From Candidatus Altiarchaeota archaeon (GTDB lineage: Archaea > Altiarchaeota > Altiarchaeia > IMC4 > SCGC-AAA252-I15), in contig JAZDMS010000035.1 of the NCBI GenBank assembly GCA_043800705.1, positions 2,579 through 66,578 of the forward strand: a DNA stretch of 64,000 bases. The letters run 5' to 3'. A program made the position numbers and the translations under genes. This document shows, piece after piece, positions 52,823 to 62,446 of the stretch. A model generated the notes under the pieces. That model worked only from the letters and a program-made list of their open reading frames with translations. It made no database searches and was not told the origin of the DNA. Within the stretch, counting starts at the first letter, position 1. Every line of letters starts with the position of its first letter.

Positions 52823-54118
52823 ATGGAGGTCGGGATAATAGGGGGAGGCATCGGGGGCCTATATTCAGCCTATCGGCTGCAGAAGAGAGGGATAAAGACC
52901 ACCGTTTTTGAGAAGGGAGAGGATATTGGCGGACTTGCCGCCTGCACCAGGGTAGAGGGGGCGCCTATCGAAAGATACTACCACCATTTCTTCGGATCCA
53001 ATGATGTTCTGATATCCCTCATCCGTGAATTGGACCTTCAGGACGACATAACCTGGGCGAATACAAAGATGGGATTCTACTGCGACGGGGAGATATATCC
53101 ATTCGGCTCCCCGGAGGACCTCCTAAGGTTCAAGCCGCTCAAGGTAGCGGACCGGCTGCGGCTCGGTTTCTTCCTAACATGCCTGAAATTTCTAAAAGAC
53201 GGGTCTGGACTCGACGGGATCAATGCAGATGAATGGCTTGTGAGATGGTGCGGAAGAGAGGCGTACGAAAAGATTTGGGGGCCTCTCCTCAAGGCAAAGT
53301 TCGGGAACCGCAAGGGAGACGTGTCCGCAGCATGGATTTGGGGCAGGGTGCATGAGAGGGCTGGAAGCAGGGGGGAAAACGGCCTCAAGGAGGAGCTTGG
53401 CTACCTAAATGGAGGCTTTGGGAGGATATTATGCGCTTTGGAGCAGTCCATTATCTCCGATGGGGGGTGGGTTCTGCGCAACTCCGAAGTCGTTAGCCTG
53501 GGCCGGGAAGGAGAAAGGGTGTCCTGCACCCCCAAGGACGGGACCAGACACAACTTTGATAGGGTCATATCTACCGTACCGTTGCCTATCTTCATCAGGA
53601 TCGCTGAAAGGCTCCCCGAAGAATTCCGGAAACGGCTTGCGAAAGTGAAGTATGCAGGGGTGATATGCGCCGTGCTCAGGCTTCGAAGACCCCTGGGGAA
53701 ATATTACTGGATCAACATATCCGATCCAGCCATCAAGGCATCAGGCGTTCTGGAACACACCAACTTCATCGGACCGGAGAACTACGGAGGCGCATCAATA
53801 GCATATGGGTTCAACTATGTCGATGACTGGAAACTGGCTGAGGATAAGACTGACGAGGAGGCCGTGTCAGGGTATGTCGACGACTTCAAGGCTATTTTCC
53901 CTGGATTCAGGAAATCCGACGTATTGGGAGCCGAAGTCAGCAGGTACGAGTTCGCGACGCCGGTCTACACGACCGGATTCTCCAGGGCAATGGAAGAACT
54001 CGCGAATCCACTACCCGCCGTATACGTCATTAGTACCGTCCAGATCTATCCTCGAGGAAGGACAATCGACAATACGCTAAGGGTATGCGACGATGTTTTG
54101 AAGCTGATTAAAAAATGA
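52823..54118 (+). CDS. FAD-dependent oxidoreductase (amine oxidase/phytoene desaturase-like)
   Basis: VGIIGGGIGGLYSAYRLQKRGIKTTVFEKGEDIGGL dinucleotide-binding motif. Confidence 0.8.
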   Translation: MEVGIIGGGIGGLYSAYRLQKRGIKTTVFEKGEDIGGLAACTRVEGAPIERYYHHFFGSNDVLISLIRELDLQDDITWANTKMGFYCDGEIYPFGSPEDLLRFKPLKVADRLRLGFFLTCLKFLKDGSGLDGINADEWLVRWCGREAYEKIWGPLLKAKFGNRKGDVSAAWIWGRVHERAGSRGENGLKEELGYLNGGFGRILCALEQSIISDGGWVLRNSEVVSLGREGERVSCTPKDGTRHNFDRVISTVPLPIFIRIAERLPEEFRKRLAKVKYAGVICAVLRLRRPLGKYYWINISDPAIKASGVLEHTNFIGPENYGGASIAYGFNYVDDWKLAEDKTDEEAVSGYVDDFKAIFPGFRKSDVLGAEVSRYEFATPVYTTGFSRAMEELANPLPAVYVISTVQIYPRGRTIDNTLRVCDDVLKLIKK

Positions 54119-55851
54119 GAAGAAATAGGGGGATCGGATTAGACAATGCCATGATAGCATTGGTTGCGGTGATATTCGCGACCTCCGTCTTCCTGGCATA
54201 CAGGCACGAACAGGCATTCAGAATCACGAGCGTGGAATATTCAAGGAACGGTTCCCCGTACAGGGATGCTCCGATGCCGTTTTGGGGAGGCGACGGAACA
54301 TTCATCATCAACTACACAACAAACAGGGAATCTATCCGGCTGATCTTTTTTGCGAACGACTGCGTGCAGGAGATCGAAATCGAGGGGAAGAGGGTCTACG
54401 AGGCCGAATGCACGCACTGCAAGGATTGCTCCGGACTGGGCGCCAGAATGGCCGTAAATCCGAACACGGCCAACACAATTAAGGTAAAGACAAAGAACCT
54501 AGACGATCTGCCCGCATTCTTCATTGAAAACGCCGAAAGCAGCCTTGTAGCGAGGGTGTCGGCGATATCGTCTTTTATCTGCCTATTAGGGATGATTTGG
54601 ATCAGGTCCAGGGGGGAGATGCTCAGGGAGTTCTTACAAAAGGCCTTTAAGGCTCTGTCGACAAACAGGTACATGGCCGCAGTCATCATCCTGTCCTTTG
54701 CCGTGCAGCTTACGCTTGCGGTGAGCACGACAAGGTCCCAGGACGTACAGAACTGGGTGGTCTGGACGGAGAGCCTGTTCCATAACGGCAGATTAGACCT
54801 GACATCGCTTCATCCCGACTTCAGATACATTGAAAACCTGTACATGAACAAGCCGCCGGGCGCATACCTGTATCCGTTTGCCATCATCCGCGCATTGTTC
54901 GGATTCAGCCACGTTTATCTGCTCTATCTGACGAGGCTTCCACCCATTTTGGGGACTTTGATCGCCGGATATGCGATCTGGGATATTTTAAGGCCAATAG
55001 GCGGAAAGTCCGCAATTATCGCGGCTTCGGCTTATCTTCTGAATCCCGCAGTCTGGGTGGAGGCTGCGGTACAGGGGAAACACGACGCACTAACGATAGC
55101 ATTCCTCCTTTTGGCGGTAAAAAACCTCGAAAAGGGGCGGTTCCCGATTTACTTCGGCTTATCCGTCCTAGGCAAACAGTTCGCCCTCTTCTGCCTTCCG
55201 TGGATTATCATGGGAAGGAGGATGCTAAAGCCCGCAGTATACGCCGGCACAATATTCATCATCCTAGCCCTGCCTTTCCTGGCCTACAACCCCCTACTTT
55301 TCATTAAGAGGATGATCGTCACCCACACAGAGGACATGCCAAACCGGTTGTCGTGGATGTCCACGGTTGGGCTTGATGCGAACAATGAGGGGGTTTTGAT
55401 TACGAAGGCTTTCCTCGCGTTATATTTCATCATGCTTATGGCAGGGGCCCATTTCATCAAGACTGACGAATACCGCTCAACAGCCATCGTTTACTGCCTA
55501 TTCATCCTTTTCAGCAAGACCGTGCAGGACCAATATTTCCTCTGGACCCTCCCGTTTCTACTTTTGGCTCACTTCAGCCATCGGAGGCTGATCCTCCCGG
55601 CAGCATACGTAGTGGGGAGCCTGTCGATCCTTTTCTCCTTCGAGGGCACGCAGTTCACGTTGGGGCCCGATTACCAGAAAATTTGGAACATGCTTATTGC
55701 GGTGGCCTACCTTGCCGCATGCATCGACATGATTCGTTTTCCAAAGGCATTGAACGTCAAAGTTCCGAAGAATCGACAACGTCGGCGTCTTCTGACCCAG
55801 AGTAAAACCGCGGATCAATCCGCACCCTCAAAAGATCTGAAAGCGCCCTGA
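54115..55851 (+). CDS. polytopic GT-C-type membrane glycosyltransferase-like protein (DUF2029/PMT-like)
   Basis: Many TM segments after an extracellular N-domain. It sits beside GT2 and GtrA genes. The family assignment comes from topology and context only. Confidence 0.55.
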   Translation: MRRNRGIGLDNAMIALVAVIFATSVFLAYRHEQAFRITSVEYSRNGSPYRDAPMPFWGGDGTFIINYTTNRESIRLIFFANDCVQEIEIEGKRVYEAECTHCKDCSGLGARMAVNPNTANTIKVKTKNLDDLPAFFIENAESSLVARVSAISSFICLLGMIWIRSRGEMLREFLQKAFKALSTNRYMAAVIILSFAVQLTLAVSTTRSQDVQNWVVWTESLFHNGRLDLTSLHPDFRYIENLYMNKPPGAYLYPFAIIRALFGFSHVYLLYLTRLPPILGTLIAGYAIWDILRPIGGKSAIIAASAYLLNPAVWVEAAVQGKHDALTIAFLLLAVKNLEKGRFPIYFGLSVLGKQFALFCLPWIIMGRRMLKPAVYAGTIFIILALPFLAYNPLLFIKRMIVTHTEDMPNRLSWMSTVGLDANNEGVLITKAFLALYFIMLMAGAHFIKTDEYRSTAIVYCLFILFSKTVQDQYFLWTLPFLLLAHFSHRRLILPAAYVVGSLSILFSFEGTQFTLGPDYQKIWNMLIAVAYLAACIDMIRFPKALNVKVPKNRQRRRLLTQSKTADQSAPSKDLKAP

Positions 55852-56518
55852 TAACCCTGAGAGGGCCGTATTTGCTTGCCCCCCAAGTCCGGGGATTGTG
55901 CTTTGTCTCTATTTCGCAAACCCTGAAACCACGGAGGTAGAGGATTGTGGGGATGAATCTGTGAGTCTGGCTTCGTAGGCGTAGCCCCTTAAGGCATCGC
56001 CCCCGGTATGCCCGCAGGGAACATCCTTCATCGTGCATTCCATCGTTGACTATCAATGTCCGGGCGAGATTGCCAAAAGATGAGACAAACCGCTTGAGGA
56101 GGGGGTCGTTTCTGTCCCGCCTCCAGCCGCATACGCAGTCGTATCCGTCATCCAGCCGTTTGATGAGCTTAGGTATGTCGGAGGGGTCGTTTTGCAGGTC
56201 CGCATCCATTTGTACAACCACGTCCCCCCTGCATCGTCTGAAACCCACATCCAAAGCAGCAGTCTGTCCGAGGTTCGTATGCAGTCTTACGACCCTCACC
56301 AACCCATCAGAGCCATGTACCGACTTCATCTCCTCGTACGTCCCGTCGGTGCTGCAATCGTCGACGAACACTATCTCGTATCGGAGCCCGCAATGCGCCA
56401 ACACCTTCGTCAGCTGCAGATAGAGCGGCCGGATATTGCCCCTCTCGTTGTTTGCCGGCACCAGCACACTCAAGTCCACTGATTTTTTCATAGGGGGTAA
56501 TGAAATTGTTTTCCCCAT
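55757..56518 (-). CDS. family 2 glycosyltransferase (polyprenyl-phosphate sugar transferase-like)
   Basis: LSVLVPANNE, VFVDDCSTDGT, QMDADLQNDP. Confidence 0.88.
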   Translation of the reverse strand: MGKTISLPPMKKSVDLSVLVPANNERGNIRPLYLQLTKVLAHCGLRYEIVFVDDCSTDGTYEEMKSVHGSDGLVRVVRLHTNLGQTAALDVGFRRCRGDVVVQMDADLQNDPSDIPKLIKRLDDGYDCVCGWRRDRNDPLLKRFVSSFGNLARTLIVNDGMHDEGCSLRAYRGRCLKGLRLRSQTHRFIPTILYLRGFRVCEIETKHNPRTWGASKYGPLRVIRALSDLLRVRIDPRFYSGSEDADVVDSSEL

Positions 56519-56524
56519 TAAATG

Positions 56525-56932
56525 TCAGAAGTCCTCCTGGAAGACCTTCCGCTTGTAGGTGAGGTATTTGAAGACGAACGTGCACGCCGTCACCGAGACG
56601 ATCGATAGCATGTAGTAGAGGCCCATGTTTTCGGTGATGAACTTCACCAGGGTGATGTTGAGGGCGTAGAACACCGCGATGAGAAGCACGTACCTGATGA
56701 ATCTCTGTCCCGCCTTCCCCTTTGCTTTGAATATGACCTTCATAGTGAGTACGAAGCTGAGGATTATCGTCAGGGAAAGGGAGACCGCATAGGAGTGAAA
56801 GTAGTAGATCCCCGCATATTCGGTCAGGACGTATGTCAATGCCAGCAGGAGGGAATACGTGAATCCGTTGACGCAGACGTATTTCACGAATTTGGAGGAC
56901 AGGGTCTTTCGAATCATGCCTGAAAAATCCAT
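56525..56932 (-). CDS. GtrA-like membrane protein
   Basis: FVKYVCVNGFTYSLLLALTYVLTEY and four TM segments. The start is placed at the internal Met MDFSGMIRK. Confidence 0.75.
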   Translation of the reverse strand: MDFSGMIRKTLSSKFVKYVCVNGFTYSLLLALTYVLTEYAGIYYFHSYAVSLSLTIILSFVLTMKVIFKAKGKAGQRFIRYVLLIAVFYALNITLVKFITENMGLYYMLSIVSVTACTFVFKYLTYKRKVFQEDF

Positions 56933-57162
56933 TTTGTCACTTCGGTGAGGCATCCATAGGGGGGATATGTTTTGCGGTGGGGTTGTCCTGTGTTCACTCC
57001 TAGATTGGGAGAGCATCACTTCGCCCAGAGACGAACCTTGTAGGGTTCATGGTTGCGCAGGGGCCGTTTCCACCGCAATGTTGCCTGTACCTCTTGACGC
57101 CAGCCGTTCATCAGATCGCGGAGGCCTTCGCAGGCAGGCTAGAATATTAGGGGCGGACTCGC

Positions 57163-58356
57163 TTATAAGCTGCCGTCAAACACCTTCAAGGCGCAGTATT
57201 TGCCGCACATGCTGCATTCCCCGCCTTTCTCGTGTTTCCCGCGCGTCTGCCCGGCCCAAGGATCAATGGCGTTTTTGAACATTGTCTTCCAATCCAGCCG
57301 CCTTCTGGCCTTGCTCATCGCATCGTCCCTCTCGGTGCGGCCTAGTTTCACGATGTCGGCTGCATGGGCTGCGATCTTCGACGCTATCACACCCTCCCTC
57401 ACGTCCTCCACGTCGGGTAGGCCTAGGTGTTCGCTCGGGGTTACGTAGCAGAGGAAGTCTGCGCCATACATGCCTGCGACCGCGCCGCCGATGGCGGACG
57501 TTATGTGGTCATGACCCACTCCAATATCGGTCACCAGCGGGCCGAGAACATAGAAGGGGGCGTTGTGGCAGACCGCCTTCTGAAGCCGCATATTGTATTC
57601 TATCTGGTCGAGGGGGACGTGGCCCGGGCCTTCGACGATGACCTTCACTCCGTGCTCCCATGCGCGGGAGGTGAGCTCGCCTAACACCTTCAATTCGGAA
57701 AGTTGCGCATCGTCTGTGGCGTCGCGGATGCACCCAGGCCTTAGGGCGTCTCCGAGGCTTACGACGACGCCGTATTCAGCTAGGACTTCCATTATCAGGT
57801 CGAATCCGATATATAGGGGGTTTTCAGCCCTATTCTTCATCATCCAGGCCGCCAGGAAGCAACCACCCCTGCTTGTGATCGGGATAGTCCTCTTCTTGGC
57901 GTACATTATCCCCTGGAGGGTCAATCCTGCGTGGATGGTCATGAAATCCACCCCGTCCCTGCACTGCTCTTCGATCTCCTTCAGGTAGTCCTCTATCGTG
58001 AATTGCAGGCGCTTATGGGCATAGACCTGGTAGATGGGTACGGTCCCCAGTGGAACGTCCATTTCCGCCAGAAGCCTCCTCCTGGTCTTCGGAGTATTGC
58101 CGTCGACGCTCAAGTCCATCAACGCATCAGCTCCGGCCTCAACCGCCACCCTGGCCTTCCTCAGCTCCCGGACCATGCTGCTGCCGTCCGGCGACGTCCC
58201 TATGTTGGCGTTGACCTTAGTGGAGATGCCGGCGCCGACGGCCATCGGCTTGATCCTACGCCGGGGATTCCCGACGACTACGACGCTGCCGTCCCGGACA
58301 CGCCGGGCCAGCTTTGTCTTCGAAATCCCCTCATCCTTGGCGACCTTATCCAACAT
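57163..58356 (-). CDS. thiC: phosphomethylpyrimidine synthase
   Basis: MTIHAGLT, VEGPGHVPL, GADFLCYVTPSEHLGLP and C-terminal CSMCGKYC. Confidence 0.93.
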   Translation of the reverse strand: MLDKVAKDEGISKTKLARRVRDGSVVVVGNPRRRIKPMAVGAGISTKVNANIGTSPDGSSMVRELRKARVAVEAGADALMDLSVDGNTPKTRRRLLAEMDVPLGTVPIYQVYAHKRLQFTIEDYLKEIEEQCRDGVDFMTIHAGLTLQGIMYAKKRTIPITSRGGCFLAAWMMKNRAENPLYIGFDLIMEVLAEYGVVVSLGDALRPGCIRDATDDAQLSELKVLGELTSRAWEHGVKVIVEGPGHVPLDQIEYNMRLQKAVCHNAPFYVLGPLVTDIGVGHDHITSAIGGAVAGMYGADFLCYVTPSEHLGLPDVEDVREGVIASKIAAHAADIVKLGRTERDDAMSKARRRLDWKTMFKNAIDPWAGQTRGKHEKGGECSMCGKYCALKVFDGSL

Positions 58357-58626
58357 TTTCGAAACTATTATACGGCAAACCCTATATACTATGAGCTCAA
58401 ATAAAATAAGCTGATAACATTCGGGTTAAGCTTTATAATCGGATAATCCATATCAGATAACCCAATCGATCGCCATTAAGCCCACGCGAAGCAGCCGTTT
58501 AAGGCTGGCGAAGTTGCCATTGCAGACTCGCGAGGAGGAGTCGCAAGACATACTGCAGGGCAGTATGAAGACCTTCGCCCCCGGGGCTCGAGGCCACAAT
58601 ATTAGACAAAAAAAAATTAAAAAAAA

Positions 58627-58700
58627 GCCCACGTGTGGTAGCGGATATCCCTGCAGCCTTACTAAGGCTGGCTCATTTATCATCTTCGCCTACGTGGGCT
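58627..58700 (+). other. decayed tRNA-like copy (acceptor, D and anticodon-type arms present, T-arm missing)
   Basis: GCCCACG-TG-TGGTAGCGGATATCC..CAGCC-TTACTAA-GGCTG-..no T arm..-CGTGGGC. The same acceptor stem and A-rich upstream tract as the tRNA-Arg at 58738. Confidence 0.35.
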
Positions 58701-58737
58701 CGATGACACAACAAAAGACAAAAAAAACCAAAACAAA

Positions 58738-58809
58738 GCCCACGTGGGGTAGCGGATATCCTGGTGGCTTGCGGAGCCGCAGACTCGGGTTCGAATCCCG
58801 ACGTGGGCG
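58738..58809 (+). tRNA. tRNA-Arg (anticodon GCG)
   Basis: GCCCACG-TG-GGGT-AGCGGATA-TCCT-G-GTGGC-TTGCGGA-GCCGC-AGAC-TCGGG-TTCGAAT-CCCGA-CGTGGGC-G. Canonical T-loop, A14 and GG in the D-loop. Hand-folded. Confidence 0.85.
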
Positions 58810-59124
58810 TATCGTATCACGACAAAGGGAATTCTTATCACGAGCACGTCGGGATGTCACAACCTCGAAGGTTGTGCATAATCCCGACGTGGGCGCCAAT
58901 TCATATCACGATATCACGGGCAGGTCGGGATGACATGGCTCCGCAGAGTCATGGAATCCCGACGTGGGCGCGAAGTAAGGTCACGAACACGTCGGGAGGT
59001 CGCAGCATCGCGGGTTGTACAGAGTCCCGGCACGGACGCTTAAGGCCATACAGATTGCGAATCCGCACCATAGGCGGCCGGGATGTAAAAAGCCGAATGT
59101 TTTTTAGTAAAATCCCGACGTGGG
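58794..59124 (+). repeat. four direct copies of the tRNA-Arg 3' end (AATCCCGACGTGGGCG), three embedded in imperfect hairpin units
   Basis: 16-mers at 58794, 58880 and 58955, and a 14-mer at 59111. Each downstream copy is preceded by its complement (CACGTCGGGAT or GGTCGGGAT) and a variable central stem-loop. Confidence 0.7.
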
Positions 59125-59164
59125 GGCATCTTCTGTTTTGGGTTTTTATTTGGCTGTGCGTAGT

Positions 59165-59692
59165 ATGTGTCCTATGGGCGAGGATGAGGGGGTTATTTGG
59201 GTCAAATCGTCCGCTGACATCCCCAGGAACGATTTTCTCAATTTCAGCCCGCAGGAGCTGAAGGCCAGATATCCGAAGATTCCGTTGGAGGATTTGCTCC
59301 TTCAGAGGCATATCTTCTTCCCGAGGAAGTTTTCGCTGCCGCCTCAGGTGGACAAGGCCACGTTGAAGTACAGGCAGAACCTCATCCTTAAGGGGCCTTC
59401 TGACCTGAAGGATTCCATTTTCTTGGATATGCCGGTTGAGGATATCAACAGACAGTTCCCCCAGTTCTCCCCTGAGGATATTGCCGGGGAGAAGGCTGTC
59501 CGGGAGGTGCGCCAGCTCATGAAGAAGATCACCGGCAGTCTGAAAAGCAGGGACCTGAATACGAAGGATAATGTGCTTGCCGACATCTCGAAGGCGAGGC
59601 GCAGCCTCGCGAACGCGTCATCCTCATCGGAGGAGATGGTTAAGGCGATGCAGTGGATCCTTCAGATCGAGGAGAACGTCAACCGCTGGTAG
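59165..59692 (+). CDS. hypothetical protein
   Basis: Open frame from ATG 59165 (MCPMGEDEGVIWVKSSADIPRNDF...). Charged and helical, with no recognisable domain. The region looks lower in GC. Confidence 0.45.
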   Translation: MCPMGEDEGVIWVKSSADIPRNDFLNFSPQELKARYPKIPLEDLLLQRHIFFPRKFSLPPQVDKATLKYRQNLILKGPSDLKDSIFLDMPVEDINRQFPQFSPEDIAGEKAVREVRQLMKKITGSLKSRDLNTKDNVLADISKARRSLANASSSSEEMVKAMQWILQIEENVNRW

Positions 59693-59697
59693 CTGGC

Positions 59698-60390
59698 TCA
59701 CACAGCCTTGTCGGGGTAGATTATCCTGTATACGCCGTATATGGAGGACATCAGCGAGGCTATTGAGAATGAGAATACGAAATATACAATCAGCTTTACG
59801 GGCCATGCCTCTACGTCGAAGCTGTCCATTGGCAGGAGTATGAGGAGCGAGAAGAATATGGATACGAATAGGAAGAGGAACTGGTTAGATATGATCAGCT
59901 TGATCTTTTGCTCCTCCTTCATGAGAGATGATAGGGTGACGATGCTGTATTGGACCGCTCGGTAGTTTGATTCCATCCGCTTGTGCCCCTCCCCCCATCC
60001 GCGGAGATAGTCGAGGAATTCGTCGTCGTTGGAGAATATCTTGGAGAAGTCCGGGTCCGCGATCCTGCGGATGAGCTCCTTGCGTATCTGGACGATCTTG
60101 TTCTTGATGGTCTCGATGTAGAATATGAGGAATGCTCCGAGGATGCCGACCATCGCCGCGTAGCCTTGGGCGATGCTCGAGAACAGGTACCTGAGCGATT
60201 CGAGGCGGAAGTACACGGCAGGATAGGTGAGTAGGTCAAATAGCGCAAGAAGCAGTGTGAAGCTGATCGAGAACAGCAGTATGGATATGTGCTTGTCAGG
60301 GTATTTGAGGAATATCAGGGTCGTCGCCAGGGCGAACACTATGGGCAGAATCGAAAGCGGCAGTGCGATGCATATCGGGTCTAATGCCAT
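59698..60390 (-). CDS. hypothetical membrane protein
   Basis: TM clusters at the N- and C-termini around a charged central segment. No recognisable domain. Confidence 0.55.
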   Translation of the reverse strand: MALDPICIALPLSILPIVFALATTLIFLKYPDKHISILLFSISFTLLLALFDLLTYPAVYFRLESLRYLFSSIAQGYAAMVGILGAFLIFYIETIKNKIVQIRKELIRRIADPDFSKIFSNDDEFLDYLRGWGEGHKRMESNYRAVQYSIVTLSSLMKEEQKIKLIISNQFLFLFVSIFFSLLILLPMDSFDVEAWPVKLIVYFVFSFSIASLMSSIYGVYRIIYPDKAV

Positions 60391-60451
60391 TTTAGTACTA
60401 CTATTCTTTGGCCATATTAATACGTTCGAGGGGCTAATATATTGGGGTTAT

Positions 60452-60706
60452 ATGAACCATGAGAAATTCAGGGCACAGATGAGGCTGCAGGGCATCCACA
60501 GGGGGACATTCGTGGTCTGTCACACGGCAAACAGCATATGCACGGGTTACGTCGAAGGCATCTGCTACCCCACAAAGAGGAGGGGATTCGTCAATCTGGC
60601 GGGGACGCGGAAGATCAACCAAGGCCGCGGGGAGGACTGGTATGACCACATATACAGCGTCCGGCTGAGCAGGATTCGGACCGTGAATGCTATGAAGGAG
60701 CTTTAG
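60452..60706 (+). CDS. hypothetical 84-aa protein
   Basis: Internal ATG of ORF 60227..60706 (MNHEKFRAQMRLQGIHRGTFVVCHTANSICTGYVEGICYP...). It ends 1 nt before the methyltransferase gene. Confidence 0.35.
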   Translation: MNHEKFRAQMRLQGIHRGTFVVCHTANSICTGYVEGICYPTKRRGFVNLAGTRKINQGRGEDWYDHIYSVRLSRIRTVNAMKEL

Positions 60707-60707
60707 G

Positions 60708-61823
60708 ATGGGCGGGCCCCCTTGCGAGTATTTCGGCGTTTGCGGAGGATGCTCCCTCCAAGGCGTCGAATACGGGGCGCAGGTCGGGCGCAAGAGGAGG
60801 ATGCTGGCCGACGCACTCGGATTCGAGGATGTGGAGGCCCATTCCCTTGGCGAGTTCTCCTATCGGACCAGGATGGATTTCGCCTTCCACGGAGGAGGGC
60901 TTGGTTTCCGTCGCAGGGGCAGCTGGAGGGAGTTCTTCGATGTCGAATCCTGCATGATATCCAATCTGAGGATCAACGATCTGCTTGCGGAGTTGAGGGT
61001 GTTTTTCAAGGAGGTGGACGCATTCGATCCATCCTCGCATGGGGGAACATTTCGTTATGCTATCTTGAGGGCTCCGGGGGACGATTCATCGGTCTCGTTC
61101 GTCCTCAACAAGGATTCTCCGAGGCTTGCGGGGGCGCTGGACAGGGTTAGATCGTTCGCTTCGTCGACGTCTGCGGAGAATGTCATGGCAGCATACGTCC
61201 CGTCCCGGACTGATGCGAGCCTGTCACGCGACTATGAGGTCGTCAAGGGGGGTGATATGCTTTCTGAGTCATTCCTCGGAAAGGCGTTCAAGTACCACAT
61301 CCAGGGCTTTTTCCAGAACAACCACGGAGTCGCGGAGCTGATGCACTCCTACTGCCGCAGGCTTCTCATGGCGCATGATACGCGAAGCGCTCACCTTTTG
61401 GACCTGTACGGCGGGGCTGGTACGTTCGGCATAGTCAACTCCGACCTTTATAGGTCCGTGAAGATCGTGGAATCAGATCCGGGGTGCATCGGTGCCGCGC
61501 GCATGAACATCGAAGCCAATGGAGCGGGGAATGCGGAGGCCGTCCTGTCCGACGCCAAATTTTTAGGCCGGCTGGACCTGCCAGTTCCGGTCCATGTCAT
61601 AACCGATCCGCCCAGGGCTGGGATGCATCCCAAGGCGGTGAAGCGGCTTCTGGAGATGAGGCCGGATGTTGTCGTCTATGTGTCGTGCAACGTCAGGCAG
61701 CTGGCCGGGGATATCCGAAAATTTTCAGGCTATGATGTGGTGAATGCCGCATTATTCGATATGTTCCCGCAGACGCCGCACATCGAGGCTGTGGTTGAGC
61801 TCAGGCGACAGGCCAGAGAGTGA
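60708..61823 (+). CDS. RumA/TrmA-family RNA (uracil-5-)-methyltransferase
   Basis: N-terminal Fe-S Cys cluster CEYFGVCGGCSLQ. SAM motif DLYGGAGTFG. DPPRAGMH, YVSCN, DMFPQTPHIE. Confidence 0.88.
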   Translation: MGGPPCEYFGVCGGCSLQGVEYGAQVGRKRRMLADALGFEDVEAHSLGEFSYRTRMDFAFHGGGLGFRRRGSWREFFDVESCMISNLRINDLLAELRVFFKEVDAFDPSSHGGTFRYAILRAPGDDSSVSFVLNKDSPRLAGALDRVRSFASSTSAENVMAAYVPSRTDASLSRDYEVVKGGDMLSESFLGKAFKYHIQGFFQNNHGVAELMHSYCRRLLMAHDTRSAHLLDLYGGAGTFGIVNSDLYRSVKIVESDPGCIGAARMNIEANGAGNAEAVLSDAKFLGRLDLPVPVHVITDPPRAGMHPKAVKRLLEMRPDVVVYVSCNVRQLAGDIRKFSGYDVVNAALFDMFPQTPHIEAVVELRRQARE

Positions 61824-62403
61824 CCCTCTGTGCGACCATGTTCTGGGAGGACTGTATCACGATCATCGTCTTGGGTCCGTTGTTGGGTATGATGCTGATT
61901 CGCATGTCCTCGTCTTCGAATAATCCCCGGTCCAACTTCACAATGATGTTGATGACGTCTCCGACGTTGATGTATCCACGTTCGTATAATGACGCCCTTT
62001 TCCTGTAGTAGACCATGTATTTCTGGGTTGTCGACGCCAGGCACTCCAAATCGCATGTGTCGTTGTAGGACAGAAGCTGCTCCGTGTTATCTATCTCTAC
62101 GTGTATGAGGGTGGTGTTCAATGGCAGGGTCAGGGTCCCTGGCAACAAGCGGGTCATCATCTGGATGTCAGTGATCCTGTGAGGAGTTCCTGTAGGGCTG
62201 GGGTCCCGGCCTATGATGCTTATGACCTCCACACCTGCGGCTACGTTCTTCCGGGCCTCCGTGCTGTGGCTTATCTCCTTCTGTGTGAGGCTGGAACTTG
62301 TGGTGAGTAGGAATATGCCGGCCACCGCGGTCGTTATGGTCAGTGCTATGAATATTATGAGCGAATCAAGGCTGGTCAGTCCGCGTCGGCGTCTGGTCTT
62401 CAC
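61801..62403 (-). CDS. archaeal type IV pilin/archaellin-like protein (class III signal peptide)
   Basis: MKTRRRRGLTSLDSLIIFIALTITTAVAGIFLL matches the archaeal prepilin/archaellin N-terminal pattern. Confidence 0.6.
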   Translation of the reverse strand: MKTRRRRGLTSLDSLIIFIALTITTAVAGIFLLTTSSSLTQKEISHSTEARKNVAAGVEVISIIGRDPSPTGTPHRITDIQMMTRLLPGTLTLPLNTTLIHVEIDNTEQLLSYNDTCDLECLASTTQKYMVYYRKRASLYERGYINVGDVINIIVKLDRGLFEDEDMRISIIPNNGPKTMIVIQSSQNMVAQRVTLWPVA

Positions 62404-62446
62404 ATTCAGTTATTTGTCTTGGGGAAATATATAAGCCGTATCGGGG

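Noticed and set aside
58357-58480. Possible TPP riboswitch upstream of thiC
   Set aside because: I looked on the minus strand for the conserved CUGAGA and ACCUGAUCUGGAUAAUGCCAGCG cores. Only a loose resemblance exists (UAUCUGAUAUGGAUUAUCC) and there is no CUGAGA. This is insufficient without an Infernal scan.
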